Part shown: one piece after another, positions 1-13,380 of the stretch
How the letters are laid out: every line of letters begins with the position of its first letter
How positions within the stretch are numbered: the first letter of the stretch is position 1
Origin: Blastocystis sp. subtype 4
Taxonomy: Eukaryota
Length of the DNA: 40,911 nt
Assembly: GCF_000743755.1 (NCBI RefSeq)
Contig: NW_014569481.1
Coordinates: 1-40,911 of the forward strand
Direction of reading: 5' to 3'
Notes under the pieces: model-generated
The model's database searches: none
What the model was told of the DNA's origin: nothing
What the model saw: only the letters and a program-made list of their open reading frames with translations
Program-made: the position numbers and the translations under genes

Positions 1-271
1 CCTGAACCAACAAACATACATTCTCAGAAAGACCCATAGCAGCACGAAGACCAGCGCCTCCTGCACCCACAACAACGCAATCGTATTCATGATCCACTAC
101 ACTGTTAACTTCACAGATATGCACAATACCGATTGGATAAGCAGTTCCCAGATCCTTCGTGACCTTAGCATCTGCAGTCGACCCAATCACACTCGAACGA
201 CATGCAGTGGCTCGAAACGCTCGGCTCAAAGCAGGAGCGCTCTTTCCCATTATTCTGAAAGCGGGCAGCAT
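1..271 (-). CDS. SDH1: Succinate dehydrogenase flavoprotein subunit, 5' part (runs off window start), with mitochondrial presequence
   Basis: Spliced translation [27 protein letters not shown]...[30 protein letters not shown] carries the SDHA N-terminal FAD-binding motif. One intron at about 97-129; a second starts at 19. Confidence 0.93.
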   Translation of the reverse strand, partial: MLPAFRIMGKSAPALSRAFRATACRSSVIGSTADAKVTKDLGTAYPIGIVHICEVNSVVDHEYDCVVVGAGGAGLRAAMGLSENVCLLVQ

Positions 272-429
272 CTCTAAAACCATTACAAATTAACAGAACC
301 AGTCCATACCTCGTACAAACGATAAATAAACAAACGAATAGGGTTGACAGAAATACAGCCGATTTTATTGAATCTAGACGGTTGAGTATTTTCATTTTTC
401 TAGATTGGATATTGGATTCTTCAAACGGA

Positions 430-3400
430 ATGGATGCAACCGGGACAGAAGAGAACAAACAAGAGTCGGATGTCCTGCAAAACTCAAGCCGTTTAATGGA
501 TCTATCTTTATTTGAAATTGCCTATGGTAAGCAGATCCGGTATCTTGCAGATGGATCAAAGTTGAGTTCTTTTGTGTCAAATCAGGAGATTTTGGAGAAT
601 GATCTACCCGTAACAAGTCGCATAAAATCGAAAATCATGAAGCCAAGACAGAAACTCAATGCTTCTCTAGAATCAGGGTGTTGGATGTATAAACTGCAGC
701 AAGCAAGTGTATCAAAAAACAAAGTATTCAAGTGTTGATTTGTTTCATCATAGCTGCAGTTTCAAAAACGTTATCTCTATCTTAAGGACAATATCTTGTA
801 CTATGCCCACAAGGAGTTTACACCTGATAATCTTCCCTTTCGATATTCTTCCATCCCATTGAATGCCTATTTGGAGTATCATGAACCATCGGAAATAATG
901 AACTATGATATTCAACGCAATAAATCAATCGATATTCATACAAATGGGAAAACAATTACATTTGTCTCCGATGAGTCATTCACTAATTCTTCGAGTTTTC
1001 TCCTTATGGTAGTCATAACTTTCTTTCTAAGAATTAGATCGTGAAGACACTGGATGGAATGCGTGAAATGCTCCATGAGCCTACTGATCCCACGGAATTT
1101 GATCGCATGTACATCGAGACATTGAATGCGATTGGAATTCCAGAATCAAAATGGCAAGATATGATTGAAAGAGAATCCCATGAGAAGAAGTGGATGTTGA
1201 TTGTCCAGAATAAGGAGCGTGTGATTAGTGGTGATGTGCTGGCACAGAAATGTGTTGATCTCTTGAAGTGTGGTGATCTACAAATTACTGAGATCCGTGA
1301 ATTGAGAACAATCATTGGTACGAGTCCCAAAGTCTTTCTTGAAAAGTTTTATCAGTTAGGAGGATTAGAAGCAATGAAATTGGTACGGATAGAAAGGAGT
1401 GTTGATAAATAAGCTAATTCAATCACTTGTTCTCAAAGACGAACATTCAGCAGATGATCTGCTTCTTCTTCAAGAATTTCTTCCTATTGTCAAATCGTTA
1501 ATTAAAACACGAGAAATCGTGTTATGGGTTCTCAACACCCCTGACTTTGTGTTCATGTTTCTGTTATGTGCATTTCTCAAGCAGGTAGATGTGACAAATG
1601 AAGTCTTTGAAGATTTGGGAATCATGTGTCAGACTCCAGAAGGTCATGAACAAGTTCTGATGGCATTTGATACTCTGATGCTGTATGCTCAGGAGAAAAT
1701 TCGATTTCAAACAACCGTGGCTCTTCTCAATACTGCTTCAGATGTGGAGGTTGTAACAACAATCCTGGTCTTCTTCAACGTGCTTCTATCAACCACTCCA
1801 AATATTGCTCAACGTTTGGCAGTATGATCAATTATTCTGAATGATCGGTAGATATGCAGTGATCTGTTGTCACTGGGATATGCTTCTCTTCAGGAGGACT
1901 TGATCAGTCGGTTTGAAACTTCAGCAGATCGAATTGATGCATTGTTTGATGTGTTCACAAAGTCTCTTCATAGTGATCGTGTTGCTGCTACAATAAATGG
2001 CGTAGATACGAGTAATGTGGTTGATATGATATGTGTGTGTGTGTGATGATACTGAGTTGTAGTGATTATCCAAAGAGAAGCTCAAGATGGTTGCAACTGG
2101 GAGTATTTATGTACTCTCTTGAAGGATCTGTTAACGATTCCACATGACAATCTTGTTGGAAGAATGATGTGGAGATTGATCACAAGAACAGCGAATCGAG
2201 TAGTCACAGCCAACATGAAGGAGGACATCGAAACTTTGTCAAATGCTGATCTGTTAGATCTCATTGGAAAGAAACAGATTCTTGATGAGAAGTTTAATGC
2301 GATTCGAGATGAAGAATCCAAAGAAGAACAGTTCCGACAGAGGATTCGTGAGCTTCAAGATCAGGTTGATCTTGCTACTGTATCTCATCTCTCTCCAGGA
2401 GTCAGTGGAACGAATCACAATCAAACTAAAGTTATTAGTGATTTGATCGCTCAAGTATCAGAGTTCATGGATGTGAAATACATGAGAGATGATCCAACTT
2501 ATTCCAAATACTTTGCTATGTATGAGAGTGGAGTTCCTCTGGATGAAGTGATATGTTTGTGTCGAAGAGATGGTGTCGATGAACGAGTTGTCCGGGGACC
2601 TTCAATCATTCTTACGTTGAAATCTGACTATCAGCAGAAGTCGTTACCACCAAAGCAAACAGAAACAGTTAGTTCAACTGTGACTCCTGCTTCAGATCCA
2701 AATAACCCTCGGAATGATCCTGCTCTGAAAAAGTGGTTCAAGCTTTTGGACATGGGGATTCCGAAAGAACACTTGGTTCTGAAGATCCAGGCAGAAGGAC
2801 TCGATCCTTCGTTTCTGGACTATGAAGGACCTGCTGCTCCTGTTGTGACTCCTGCTTCAGATCCAAATAACCCTCGAAACGATCCTGCTCTGAAGAAGTG
2901 GTTCAAGCTCTTGGATATGGGGATTCCGAAAGAACACTTGGTCCCAAAGATCCAGGCAGAAGGACTTGATCCTTCGTTTATTCTGAATGCAGAACCTGTG
3001 GGATCCCAACCAGTATCGGAACCGATAGAACGAGAAGTGAAACCCCCTGTAAAGCCTGAAATCAAGCAGCCTGTGAAGAAGGAGGTTTATAATCCACCTA
3101 AGCCTAAACGTGAACCTGAAACGAAACTGAAGAATCTGTTCTGGGATCCTGTAGTGGGCGATGCTCTTCGTGAGAGTGTGTGGGAGAAGCTGCATGATGA
3201 GAAGGTACAACTGGACTATCCAGAACTGTGTCGTATGTTCCGAGCAAAGGAGAATGCTGTAATGAGTCACATGGGAGGAGCTCTGGATCCATCGATCAAA
3301 CAACCCACAGAAATGGTCCAGTTGGTAACAGATGAAAAAAGACTTCGAAATGTTGGAATGTCAATAGCACGACTGAAAATGAGCTTCAAGACACTTCGAG

Positions 3401-4808
3401 AAGACATCGTAAGAGTCGATGATACTGCACTCACTGAAGACATGCTACGTATGCTTATAGAGAATGCTCCTACGGAGGCTGAAGTAAGTCTTGTACAAGG
3501 CTATACTGGAAATGTGGATCTGTTGAGTGATGTGGACCGTTTCTTTAAAGAGTTGTCAAATATCCCACTATTATCACAAAGACTGAAATACCTCAATTTT
3601 CGGCAAGGATTACGAGAGGATTTAACTGAATTGAAGTTGGACTTTGAAACCTTCCGAATGGCTCTGAGTAACCTATTAAAGAGTTCAAAGCTGACTCAGT
3701 TGTTAGAAATGATTCTAGCTGTTGGGAATTATATGAATGGTGAAAGATGGAGGGAAGAATGATTGCTAGGACAATCCAATCGAGGTGGCTATTGGGGATT
3801 TCAAGTGGAATTTCTTCCGAAGTTACAAGATACGAAATCAGTGGATAATAAGTCATCATTATTGGAGTACAAAAATCATTACTATTTTTGATATGTAGTT
3901 ATATCCTTGAATATATGGAAAAGACAGATACATCAAATGGGACCAAATTAGTGACTATTTTGGACGATTTTGCTCTTCTTCAGTCTCTTACATCCAAGGA
4001 ATTTCATCAATTGGAGAGTAATTTCTTGAAGTTGAAAACGACTTTTGAAGCTGCAGGACGACAAAGAACAGTTCCAAAGTGTGTTCCTGAGGATCGCTAT
4101 GGACTTGTGATGGGTCAGTTCTATGATGAGAACAAGGAGATGGTGATGAGTGTGGCGGAACTATTAAACAGTGTCAAAGAACTGTTCTCGGATGTGGTAC
4201 GCAAATTTGGCTGCAATCGCGATATCACAATGAATGATTTAGTGAGTATTTTTGCCACATTCTTCCGTCAGCTGACAGAGCTTCGAGCAGAACTGACAAA
4301 ACGTCGTGAACTGGAAGCTGAATTGGCTCGTAAGAAGGAGGCAAACGAGGCGATGCAGCGACGACTTCGAGAGGAGACACAACGAAGGAAACAGGGGAAG
4401 GAGAATCTGGTAGATGGATACACGACGATGCGAACACTACAGCTCAAAGGAAGAGACCGTTCGAATCATATGCCTGTTGAAGGAATGACAATGGCAACAG
4501 TACGTCAGCGAATGATGTTCCGATGTGACAACGATAGCTTCGGTGTAGAATCAACAATGCGATTGGGAAAACCAGGGACACTGCAGCTGAAGGCTCTTCA
4601 GAATGCGATTCCTGGAAGCATTTTACAATCACGTCAGTCCTTACGAGTTTCACCAACGCTAATTGATTCTCCTCGCAAAAAGGAGTTGAGTATTCGACAA
4701 GATACATTGCGTATCGCTAGAAATCAGTCTCCAACTCGTTTCTTTGATCCTGTAACCTTTTCTGATAGTACTTTATCAACGGAACAACCTCGTTCAGATG
4801 AGGATTAG
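430..4808 (+). CDS. Formin: PH-like N-terminus, GBD/FH3, CCDC53-like repeats, FH2
   Basis: ORFs join through ~30-nt GT-AG introns (e.g. 724-753, 1823-1852, 2033-2062, 3740-3769). FH2 hallmarks KLKNLFWD, LAVGNYMNG..NRGGYWGF and KLQDTKS; GBD-like KKWMLIVQ; PH-like GWMYKLQ...FQKRYLYLKDNILYY. Confidence 0.92.
2679..2979 (+). repeat. Direct tandem repeat, two ~136-bp copies with a 165-bp period, inside the formin CDS
   Basis: Near-identical copies start at 2679 and 2844, encoding VTPASDPNNPRNDPALKKWFKLLDMGIPKEHLVxKIQAEGLDPSF. Confidence 0.95.
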
Positions 4809-4845
4809 TGATATGACTGTTTGATAGAAGCAATACTCAAATAGG

Positions 4846-4853
4846 AACAAACA
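4846..4853 (-). terminator. TGTTTGTT polyadenylation element of the WDR81-like gene
   Basis: CAG T|AATA|TGTTTGTT: the element lies 4 nt after the T of the stop codon. Confidence 0.85.
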
Positions 4854-4855
4854 TA

Positions 4856-7800
4856 TTACTGAATCACATACAGCTTGCCATCTTCACTTCCACATAACGC
4901 AATTCGACGTAATGGACACACAACCATTACACACAATCGTAGCTTACTTAAAGCAGCTGAAGTTATTCCATCTGTCACTGCAACAGGTGACAGATGATAC
5001 TGCTTCCCACGATTTTCTGGCAGATTCATGTATTCACGTAGATCAAGATCTGTATTGCTCAAGAGGAAATCACCTCCAGCTACAGTCACACCAACATCAG
5101 CTCCACAAGCTGTCACACAAATTGTGTGAGCATTTGTGATAGTTGTAAGTCCTGTGTATTCAGCATAGAGCACCGGTTCCTTGGGACCATGCAGCTCCCA
5201 AACACAGATCCTTCCATCCACACATGCTGTGATTACATGACGATTACTGATGAACTGCAACTTCGCTACTGCACGTGTATGAGCTTGCCAACGAACTACT
5301 GGTGTTCCCATTCTCTGTGAGAGTATATCTACCACACCATTGGTCCAGGCTGCACAGATGAATTGGTCTTCAAGTGTGGTTATGGCACACAATGCAGGTG
5401 TGGCTGAACCTTCAGTTGGAGGGGCTACTTGCCTTAAATCTGGTACAAGTGGGAATACGGCACAAAGACGAGCATCATAGAACTTCTGACGCACATCATA
5501 ACAAATGATTTCATTGGTACGTGTACCACAGAAGATCTGTTGCCACACTGTGGTTCCATTCACTCCCTTGCCAGTCACAGACACAGCACTACTGGTCATA
5601 CATGTGAATGGTCCCCGCGGGGAATCAACAACACTTAACACGGTTTTTCGTTCATAATCAAAGATCACTAGTTTATCTGAGCAGGAGACCAGCAAAGGGC
5701 ATGACGATAAGAAGGCCATACTGTGAATATGTGACTGATGAATTCCAAACGAACACACAGGCACCAGAGGCTTGCGATCACTTCGCCACACACTTATACA
5801 TGGTGTGGTACCTGCTCCTGTATCCATCCCCACTGTCGCAAAAACCGATTCATCCCTGCGGGTTACGATTCCATAGACACATCCTTCATATGCTGATACT
5901 GTCAGTTTCATTTGATTCTTCAGCACCACGGCCGAATCCAGATCACTGCGATTGTTCTGAAACCCAGCACTTCCTCCAACCATGTGAATATGGTTTGCAG
6001 CAGACCAACAACGGGGAGTCACTATGAATTATGGAATTCCAAAAATCATTACAATTCTTGGCAATACTCGATTTATAGTCCATTGGTGAAGCAATCGTAT
6101 TTCTAGATGTCAGAAATCAAAGGTATTTTTGTACTCGACAGGAATAACCTTGAAATCTGTATCAGGTTCTATGGATTATTCCTTGGCCTCACTTGTACCT
6201 CTCAATAGTTCCAGCATCTGGAATGAGTACACTGATAAACTTGGATCCATTCGTTGTCTTTGGAAGACTGTTTGTTCTTTCACTCGTATAAGAAGTGCTC
6301 TCAACAGAGCTTGTGATTCAGAGTGAGATCGATAGAAACCATGGAGTTTCGTGAAGAATGATTGAAGGTCTTGATACAGGACCTCTTCTTGTGTTTGTTG
6401 AGGGAGTCTGGCTGCAAGATCAAAGAACAGTGTGATCAAAGAGAAGAGAAGGGATAAATTCGCGTGAATAACTGGAATATCAGAAAAAGTAAGTAATATG
6501 TACGATAAGAATCATCTGTTTGAACAGGAAGGTAGAGGTTGTGAAGGAGGTCAGCAAGACGAGGTGGCTTACATTGAATTAGGTTGTACTGAAGCATTCG
6601 TGCTGAGAAGAAGGGTTGAACCGACCGAATCACTTCCAGAATTTCAGTTACACACATAGCAGCCTGCGTACTCTTCAATGTAGGTGTGGAGGAAGAAGGA
6701 GGAACCATAGCCAGAAGCGAATAAGCCTTTGGAAGGAGATGAGCAAGTGTGATGGCTATGTATCATTAGAATGAATTGTTTGAACAGAGAATGGCTTCTG
6801 GTGTGACATATGGAAGAATATGAATGAGAGTTTGAGCTGAAGGGCTGAGTGAAGGATTGAACAGCGTATCTAGTGAGAAGATAAGGAAGAGTATGTACTT
6901 TCAGGATAAGCTTGCATGAACGCTGTTCGTTTGAATCCTATATTGCCAGTCTTCAAGGTTACCGTAGGGAGAATGTAACGAGTAGCAAGAGCTGATCCTA
7001 AGAAACGAGGCGAACTCACTAATGTAAGGGCTGAAACAAGGGAATCAGTCACTTCAGGAGGTGTTTGAGGTGAGAAACTACAGATAAATCACTGTAAGAA
7101 CTAGGACAGCTGTTCCATGAACAGAGGAAGAAGACCTTTTAAGAATTGCATACTCCCAACACATCCAAATATCTTACCACAGACATTACGTTCACAGACA
7201 CTCATCAGAGGATCGTAGTTCTTCATTTGAAGGGATCCTTCTAATAGCTCCAATAACACAGGAAGCAAGAGTTGAGACACTTGTTCTTCATGTAGTGACG
7301 AAGCAATACGAGTCCAGAGAGTAACAAAGGTGTGAGTGAGGTTATGAAGTGATGGAGAATGCATGATGTCGGTCAGAATTCGACGTAAGAGAGGCAAGAT
7401 GAGAGGGATTTCATCTGTCGTGACTGATGTGAGAGTATGAATGAGTTTGGTCATATCCACAGCATTGTGGTCTGATACGAGAGTATGAAGATAGTATCCA
7501 AAGACTCGATAGATACGAAATAGTGATGGATCAAACGGTACCATACTTGGCTTCACATGCAATGCATTACGAGAAGTATCTGATTGTGAAGTTTTCTTTC
7601 AAATCTTACCTGTAATCAATGCATTCTCAGCTAATGCAAGCATATCTGGGCGTTTCATTGGATCCAAATCTAACATCACAGTTACAAGTGACTAGGTATC
7701 ATATGATAATTATATCCTCTCACACGAACAGGTTCAGGTAACACCTCCAATCCATTTAACAATCCTTCTTTCTGATACCATTGTAAGGATAGACGTGTAA

Positions 7801-10474
7801 ACAGAGGCTGGAATGCGAACAGTTCAAAGATTACACAACCCAGACGAAACACGTCAGCTCGCTTCATGGCTTCTCCATTCAGTGGATGTCCATCCAGCTC
7901 CTCTGGAGCCAAATAACAGGGAGCTAAGAGCAGTTCATAGCGACGAGTGAAGGCCTTAGTTCCATACTCATTCTGAAGACGGTGATTCTCTCGTGTTTGT
8001 GAGAAGTCTACGAGTTATGTTCTTACCAAAACAGCACTCAGCTCAATACGATTATTCTGCTCGAAACGACGCGTTACCTCCTGACCCTTGTTTGGTACCA
8101 GTTCTGATACAGGATCTGATTGAGGTACTTCTGATCTATGAGGAGTTGAGACTGTACCAAAATCAACATCACGCCCAGAGAAAAAGGCAGTTCTAGAAAT
8201 TAGTCCCTATTTCTGGAATGACAGTCTTCGGGATCGCTTTCTCTTGGCAGCTTCATGTAATGGTTTCAGTTCCTTGGGTGTTTCTGGAGTGACCATTACA
8301 ACCTCACTGGGTACTTCAGTGGGAGTCACTAGATGAGTTGTTGTTGGAGGAGGAGATGTTTCAGCTGAAGAGATAGACTGAGTAGGAGGAACTTCAAGAG
8401 GGAGAGCATCTATCGAATCATTAGGAGTCACTTCATAGGATTCAGGGACTGAAGAACTCGTAGACTTGACAGATCGCATATGTGAAGCAGGAGCATGAGA
8501 GAGTGTGGTTAAGACGCCTTGATAAGTATCTTTAAGGATATCAGTTCGAGTTTGTGTCTCTACTTGAGTGAAAATATCCCTTCCTCTTCCATTCTTCATT
8601 CGCTGTGGATGTGGAACTGTGAATAACTGAACAAACCCAGGATTTTTGGTAAGACCAGTAACTCCTTCTTGTTTAAGAGGAACATTCTTAGCGTCAATAG
8701 CAGCCTGACCAGAGAGCTGATAACCAAAATTTAGGTTGATCCACAAGTGGAGATGTGTACTCACATAGTCACTTTCTAACATCTGTCGATGCCAAGCAAC
8801 AAACTCTGTAGGAGTAGGACACCATGAAGGTAACTCTGTTGTTAATTGGATCCTCTAATCCCTACCCATATCTTCCATTGAATCATGAACACTCACAAAC
8901 ACAGATGGGTCTGTGTAATACTCAGGAATGCATTCGTCAGGTGTCCATTCATATAATCGAGGCATACTATAAATTATACCCCACTCAAATACCTCTTACT
9001 TTCCAGGGTATTCTTTTGCTTGGAAATTACTTCGTACAACACTTTTTAAAAGAGATACAGGCATTCGACGAGCCATATAAATCGCATACGTGAGTTCAGA
9101 AAGAGATTCACTGAGATGGTGTTTAGGGACACTGTGCTGAAAAGTCACATCTAACTGACTATCACCTTTGTTCATACGGAACTTGCTAATCGTGAAATCA
9201 CGCCATCCACCTGTAGGACTGGTGAAGTCACAAACCCATGGCATAATACTGTGGAAGTTACTGTCATCCATTCGTCGACCTGCTGCCTCGTTCAGACACA
9301 TCACATACTCGAAGTTGCTTAACCGTCCATATACCCACTCTGATGTCATCAATTCTAACTCCAATGCTGCAGAAGACAAACTTTGAGGAATGACCTGAAT
9401 TTTGGGCAAGGTTGGGAGTGGCATAAATAACCACAAATTCTCTGTGAGGATGATGGAATCAGGAGTCAGAGAAGGAACATACACTCCATGAGAATGAAGA
9501 AATGCAATCACTTGAATTAGCTGATAAAGAATAAAAGTTTGGATAATAGTATTCCCTCCATCTAGTTGAAGTAAATGACGGTTGTATTTGAGAACTGTTG
9601 CTAATGTGTATGGATAATATTCACTTATCTGGAGTTAGAATGCAAAGAAAAATAGTACTGTGAACACGGTATCCTTAATGCAAAGAATACACTTCATCGG
9701 TAATAAATTGAGATGCTTTGATTTGATTGGTGTTGAAAGATAAGTAGGAAGCTATCCATCACTCTATAGTAGTCAATCTAACCTTCTGAGGGATGTCTTC
9801 TGGATCTGCCAAATCCACCTGTTCCCCGTGGAATACAATCACTTTTCCTTCTGTATCTGTTGGTAGTTCAGTCGTTGAATACAATGCAGAGATTAATTCC
9901 TTAAGATTCTAGATCAGTAGCAAGTAAGATTCGTACAGACGGAGGATCCAACTCGGAAGCTGAAGTATCTTGTTTCATCTCTTCACAATCATCCTATCTC
10001 CTTACCATCTTCTTAATAATCCTACATCATCTTTCATAAGATCAGTCATGATATGATAGATATCCTCTGTTGGATTCAAGTAACTTGAATCATTGGATGG
10101 ATTTGAATCTCGTGGGGGTTGAGAATCCTTCAAATTATCAGAACTAAACAATCTTACAGGTACTTGCTTATAGCGTTGAAGATAATTAAACATTTCATCT
10201 TTGTTCTTATCTATAGCATTTACCGTATAATCTTCTGCTATCGATACTACCAAATCACAAACTGTAACACAATAATACAATCAGGATATTGCCCCTTAAT
10301 ATCCTCCTGGTCAAACTAACAGGAATCAGAACAATCAAGATTCAATACCATAATATGGACTTTGCGACCTTTCGACAGGTTATAGTCCGGAAGAGCATAC
10401 TGGATACCGAGATTATCCTTGAGCAAACTCTTAATATTCTCGATATCTTCCTTTTGGTAAAAGAGATAACTCAT
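4856..10474 (-). CDS. WDR81/LvsG/GFS12-like BEACH-domain protein with pseudokinase segments and C-terminal WD40 repeats
   Basis: BEACH motifs [30 protein letters not shown] and [20 protein letters not shown]. Kinase-like FLHSHGV and [16 protein letters not shown]40 in 4856-6022. Many 29-32-nt introns. Start inferred at MSYLFYQK. Confidence 0.88.
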
Positions 10475-10647
10475 TCTTGGAACTGAATGTGTTTTGATCT
10501 ATACAGATTAGATTGATACGATGTTGCAGTACCAAGATTCACCGCAATACACGTTTCTTTTCCAAGAAAGTGCCAAATTATCGGTTGATTCATAGTGCCG
10601 TTTTTTATGAAACTCCCATAAGTGTTTTTAAACAAATCAGAGTATTC

Positions 10648-12078
10648 TTAATGTACATAAGTGACGTTAACATTCTCATTCTCGACGGTACTGTCGAAAT
10701 AACCCTGATTCATATCGTTGATCATTTGGGAGGACAAATCAACATAACTATTATCTGCATGTTGGGCCTCTTCACGAGTTGCTGTTGGTTGCACAGTACT
10801 TGGAATTGTAGAGTCGACAATGACAATATGTGCTTTAGGATCGATCGGAACAGAAGGTTTTTTAGACTTCTCTTTTTTAGACTTTTTAGATGGTTTTGTA
10901 GGCTTGGTAGGGAGATTGTGAGGATTTTCTTCTTGTTCTTCAACCAGCTTGTTTTCCGATTCTTCAACAGGTCTTTCAACTTCCTCAACCTGGTTAACCT
11001 CTTCAACGGGTCCTTCCGTTGTCCTAAGATCATCTCGTTGCTCTTCCTCTGGAAACTGTCGTTCCGAGTTGTCTCTGGTTACTCTCACAACTTCTTCAGC
11101 ACCTTGTACACTTACTCCAATATTTTCACACACTTGAGCTTCCTGGACCACAACCGCATGCTGCTCACCCCAGGCAGAGTCCATCGCAGCTTCTTCGTCA
11201 TCGAGAACATCTCGATGAATCAGTACAACTCCTTCCGAAGCAGGAACATTAGGATGAATACCTAAATCCAGTTCCTCTTCTTGCACGGGAGCATCACCTT
11301 GGATATCAGTCACTAATACAGGCATTGCATCCGCAGCCAAAGGCAACAATCCCAAAGGTTTGGAAATTTGCGTTCTCTGTTTGTCAGCTTCGAGAATCTG
11401 ATCCATGCTAATCATGTATTTGTCTCCATTAATTCGTTTGATTAGATCTTCCACACTCAGAATCTCTTCTTGATTTGCTACTAACTGGACATGGGTTCCT
11501 TCATTAGAAACCTCGAAATCTCGTTTCAAGGAAGAATAGGACAAACTACCTATATATCAAGAACAGGAAACAAGAAAACCAAAGAGAACGAATAACGGTG
11601 ACATGATAGTACTAACCCATGATAGAATAACACAGACTAAATAACACGCAGCAAATCCACTTGTGTAATGACGAAAAGCTGTTGCAACCCAACAACTACC
11701 GAGAATATCCCAAACAATTCCCCCAAGGAGAATGAGATAATAGAAATAAGCAACAGGATGAGTCAGAAGAATGTGGACGATAAACCTAGAATAACAAGAA
11801 ATCACTAAAACTACATAGTTTCTTCCTTTCTCGAGTACTTTCCCTTCGACTTCACAACCGTCCAACATAATCCCATCACTGTGAGAAATTGAATGCAATT
11901 CAAAATACCTCGGACCTTATTAATGAAAAGATCGCAAATTCTCTACCAGCAACCATGCAGCAGCAGGAAAGGGAGCACTCTTCACCAAATTCATGCTACC
12001 AAAAACGATAAACACAGGACCTGCTCCCATATCTAGAATCAGTGTTGCTAGAAAGGCAGTTAAGAGAAGCCTATCCAT
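10648..12078 (-). CDS. Hypothetical membrane protein, about 4 N-terminal TM segments and a long acidic low-complexity C-terminus
   Basis: MDRLLLTAFLATLILDMG... spliced via ~30-nt introns into hydrophobic ORF 11557-11898 and E-rich ORF 10648-11544. Confidence 0.65.
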
Positions 12079-12215
12079 TGGGATCTCCAATCGATTCTAA
12101 CCCTTTCTTCATCGTCTCGAGGCAAATAGTTAACCAAGAAAGTTCCGATCAAATCGCAAGAACGGTTTTATGACAGTTTTCGCATCTTCGTTTGGATCCA
12201 TTTCACTAATTTGAA

Positions 12216-13338
12216 ATGGGGCTTTCTTTCCTTGATATTCTTGGATATATATGTATTGCTTTGGTCTTAATCAAAGTATGGTATTTATTGTCGTTATCAT
12301 CTCCAGTTGTTGTGCCTGCTTGTACGGGTATGTAATCCAAGCCAACAGAACAGTTTAGATTGTTGTAGAGCATCATGTATAGACACCCGCTCATCTGCTC
12401 CTTGTGAATCGCTTCAATACTGTTATTGGATGAACAAAGACCGGATGTGGTTATATTACAATCACTGGGAATGCAAGAGTGCTCCAAAAGTAGGATTTGA
12501 GTTCTCATTTCAGTAAAGGCGATTATGCTTTTATGTCATGGTATCTGTGAACATTCTGGACGCTATGGGGGCCTAGCGAGGAATTATACTTCCAAAGGAA
12601 TTGAGATATATGCTCTTGATCATCGAGGTCATGGCCGTAGTGATGGATATCGTAACTACATTAACTCCATGTCAGATGTGATCCAGGATAGTTGTGATTT
12701 CTTGGAGTACATTCATAACCTACACCCATCTCTTCCAATCATTGTTATGGTAGATTCGTTATCGTTATTTTGATTTTAGGGTCATTCCATGGGTGGAATG
12801 ATAGCCATCAGTGTCACCTATCGAATGAAGCACCTTGTAAAGGCTGGGGTGTATTCTGCTCCTGCTCTTATGATTCAGCCTGCATTAGAACGTCTTTATG
12901 GCTTGGTGAACTGCATTCAGGCACTTTTCCCAAAGTTGCCAGTCTCTCGGTTGGGTGGAGCTGAATTATGTCACAATCCCGTGATTATTGAAGATTATGA
13001 GAATGATATTCTGAATACACCTGGTAAGAAGAAGCCAGTGCCTGCTCGAACTGCGATCCAATTATATAAGGGAATTCAGGCAGCCAATGAATACGCAACA
13101 GACTTCACCACTCCATTCTTACTGATGCAGGGTGCCGAAGATTCCGTGTGTCTTCCTCAAGGCGCCAAGTAGATATATGTAGTAGTTATTATAAAATAGG
13201 GGATTTGTAAAGAATGCGTTATCGAAGGATAAAGAACTGAAGATGTGGGATGGATTGTATCATGAAATTATGAATGAAGTGAATGGAGAAGAAGTAATGA
13301 ACTATGGAGTTAATTGGATTCTGGCACATCTGGATTAA
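12216..13338 (+). CDS. Monoglyceride lipase / lysophospholipase (Hydrolase_4 alpha/beta hydrolase) with N-terminal membrane anchor
   Basis: LCHGICEHSGRY, DHRGHGRSDG, GHSMGG nucleophile elbow, QGAEDSV and GLYHEIMNE. Four ~30-nt introns. Confidence 0.92.
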
Positions 13339-13380
13339 CATGAAGTTGTTTGTTAATAGGATAATAGGTGAGAATTTAGT

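Noticed and set aside
2032..2045. (TG)n microsatellite
   Set aside because: Short tract at an intron 5' end, with no evidence of function.
2679..2979. Direct repeat as a CRISPR array or mobile element
   Set aside because: In-frame coding duplication within the formin. No spacers, transposase or terminal repeats.
6430..6510. Apparent frameshift between ORFs 6436-6708 and 6176-6439
   Set aside because: Resolved by a 32-nt GT-AG intron (about 6472-6503). It is not a pseudogene or programmed frameshift.
10513..11265. 250-aa plus-strand ORF
   Set aside because: Antisense shadow of the Glu/Lys-rich minus-strand CDS, with F/L/R-biased composition.
12033..12070. Possible GC-AG intron in the membrane protein gene
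   Set aside because: The frame is open through this stretch from the ATG at 12078, so no intron is needed.
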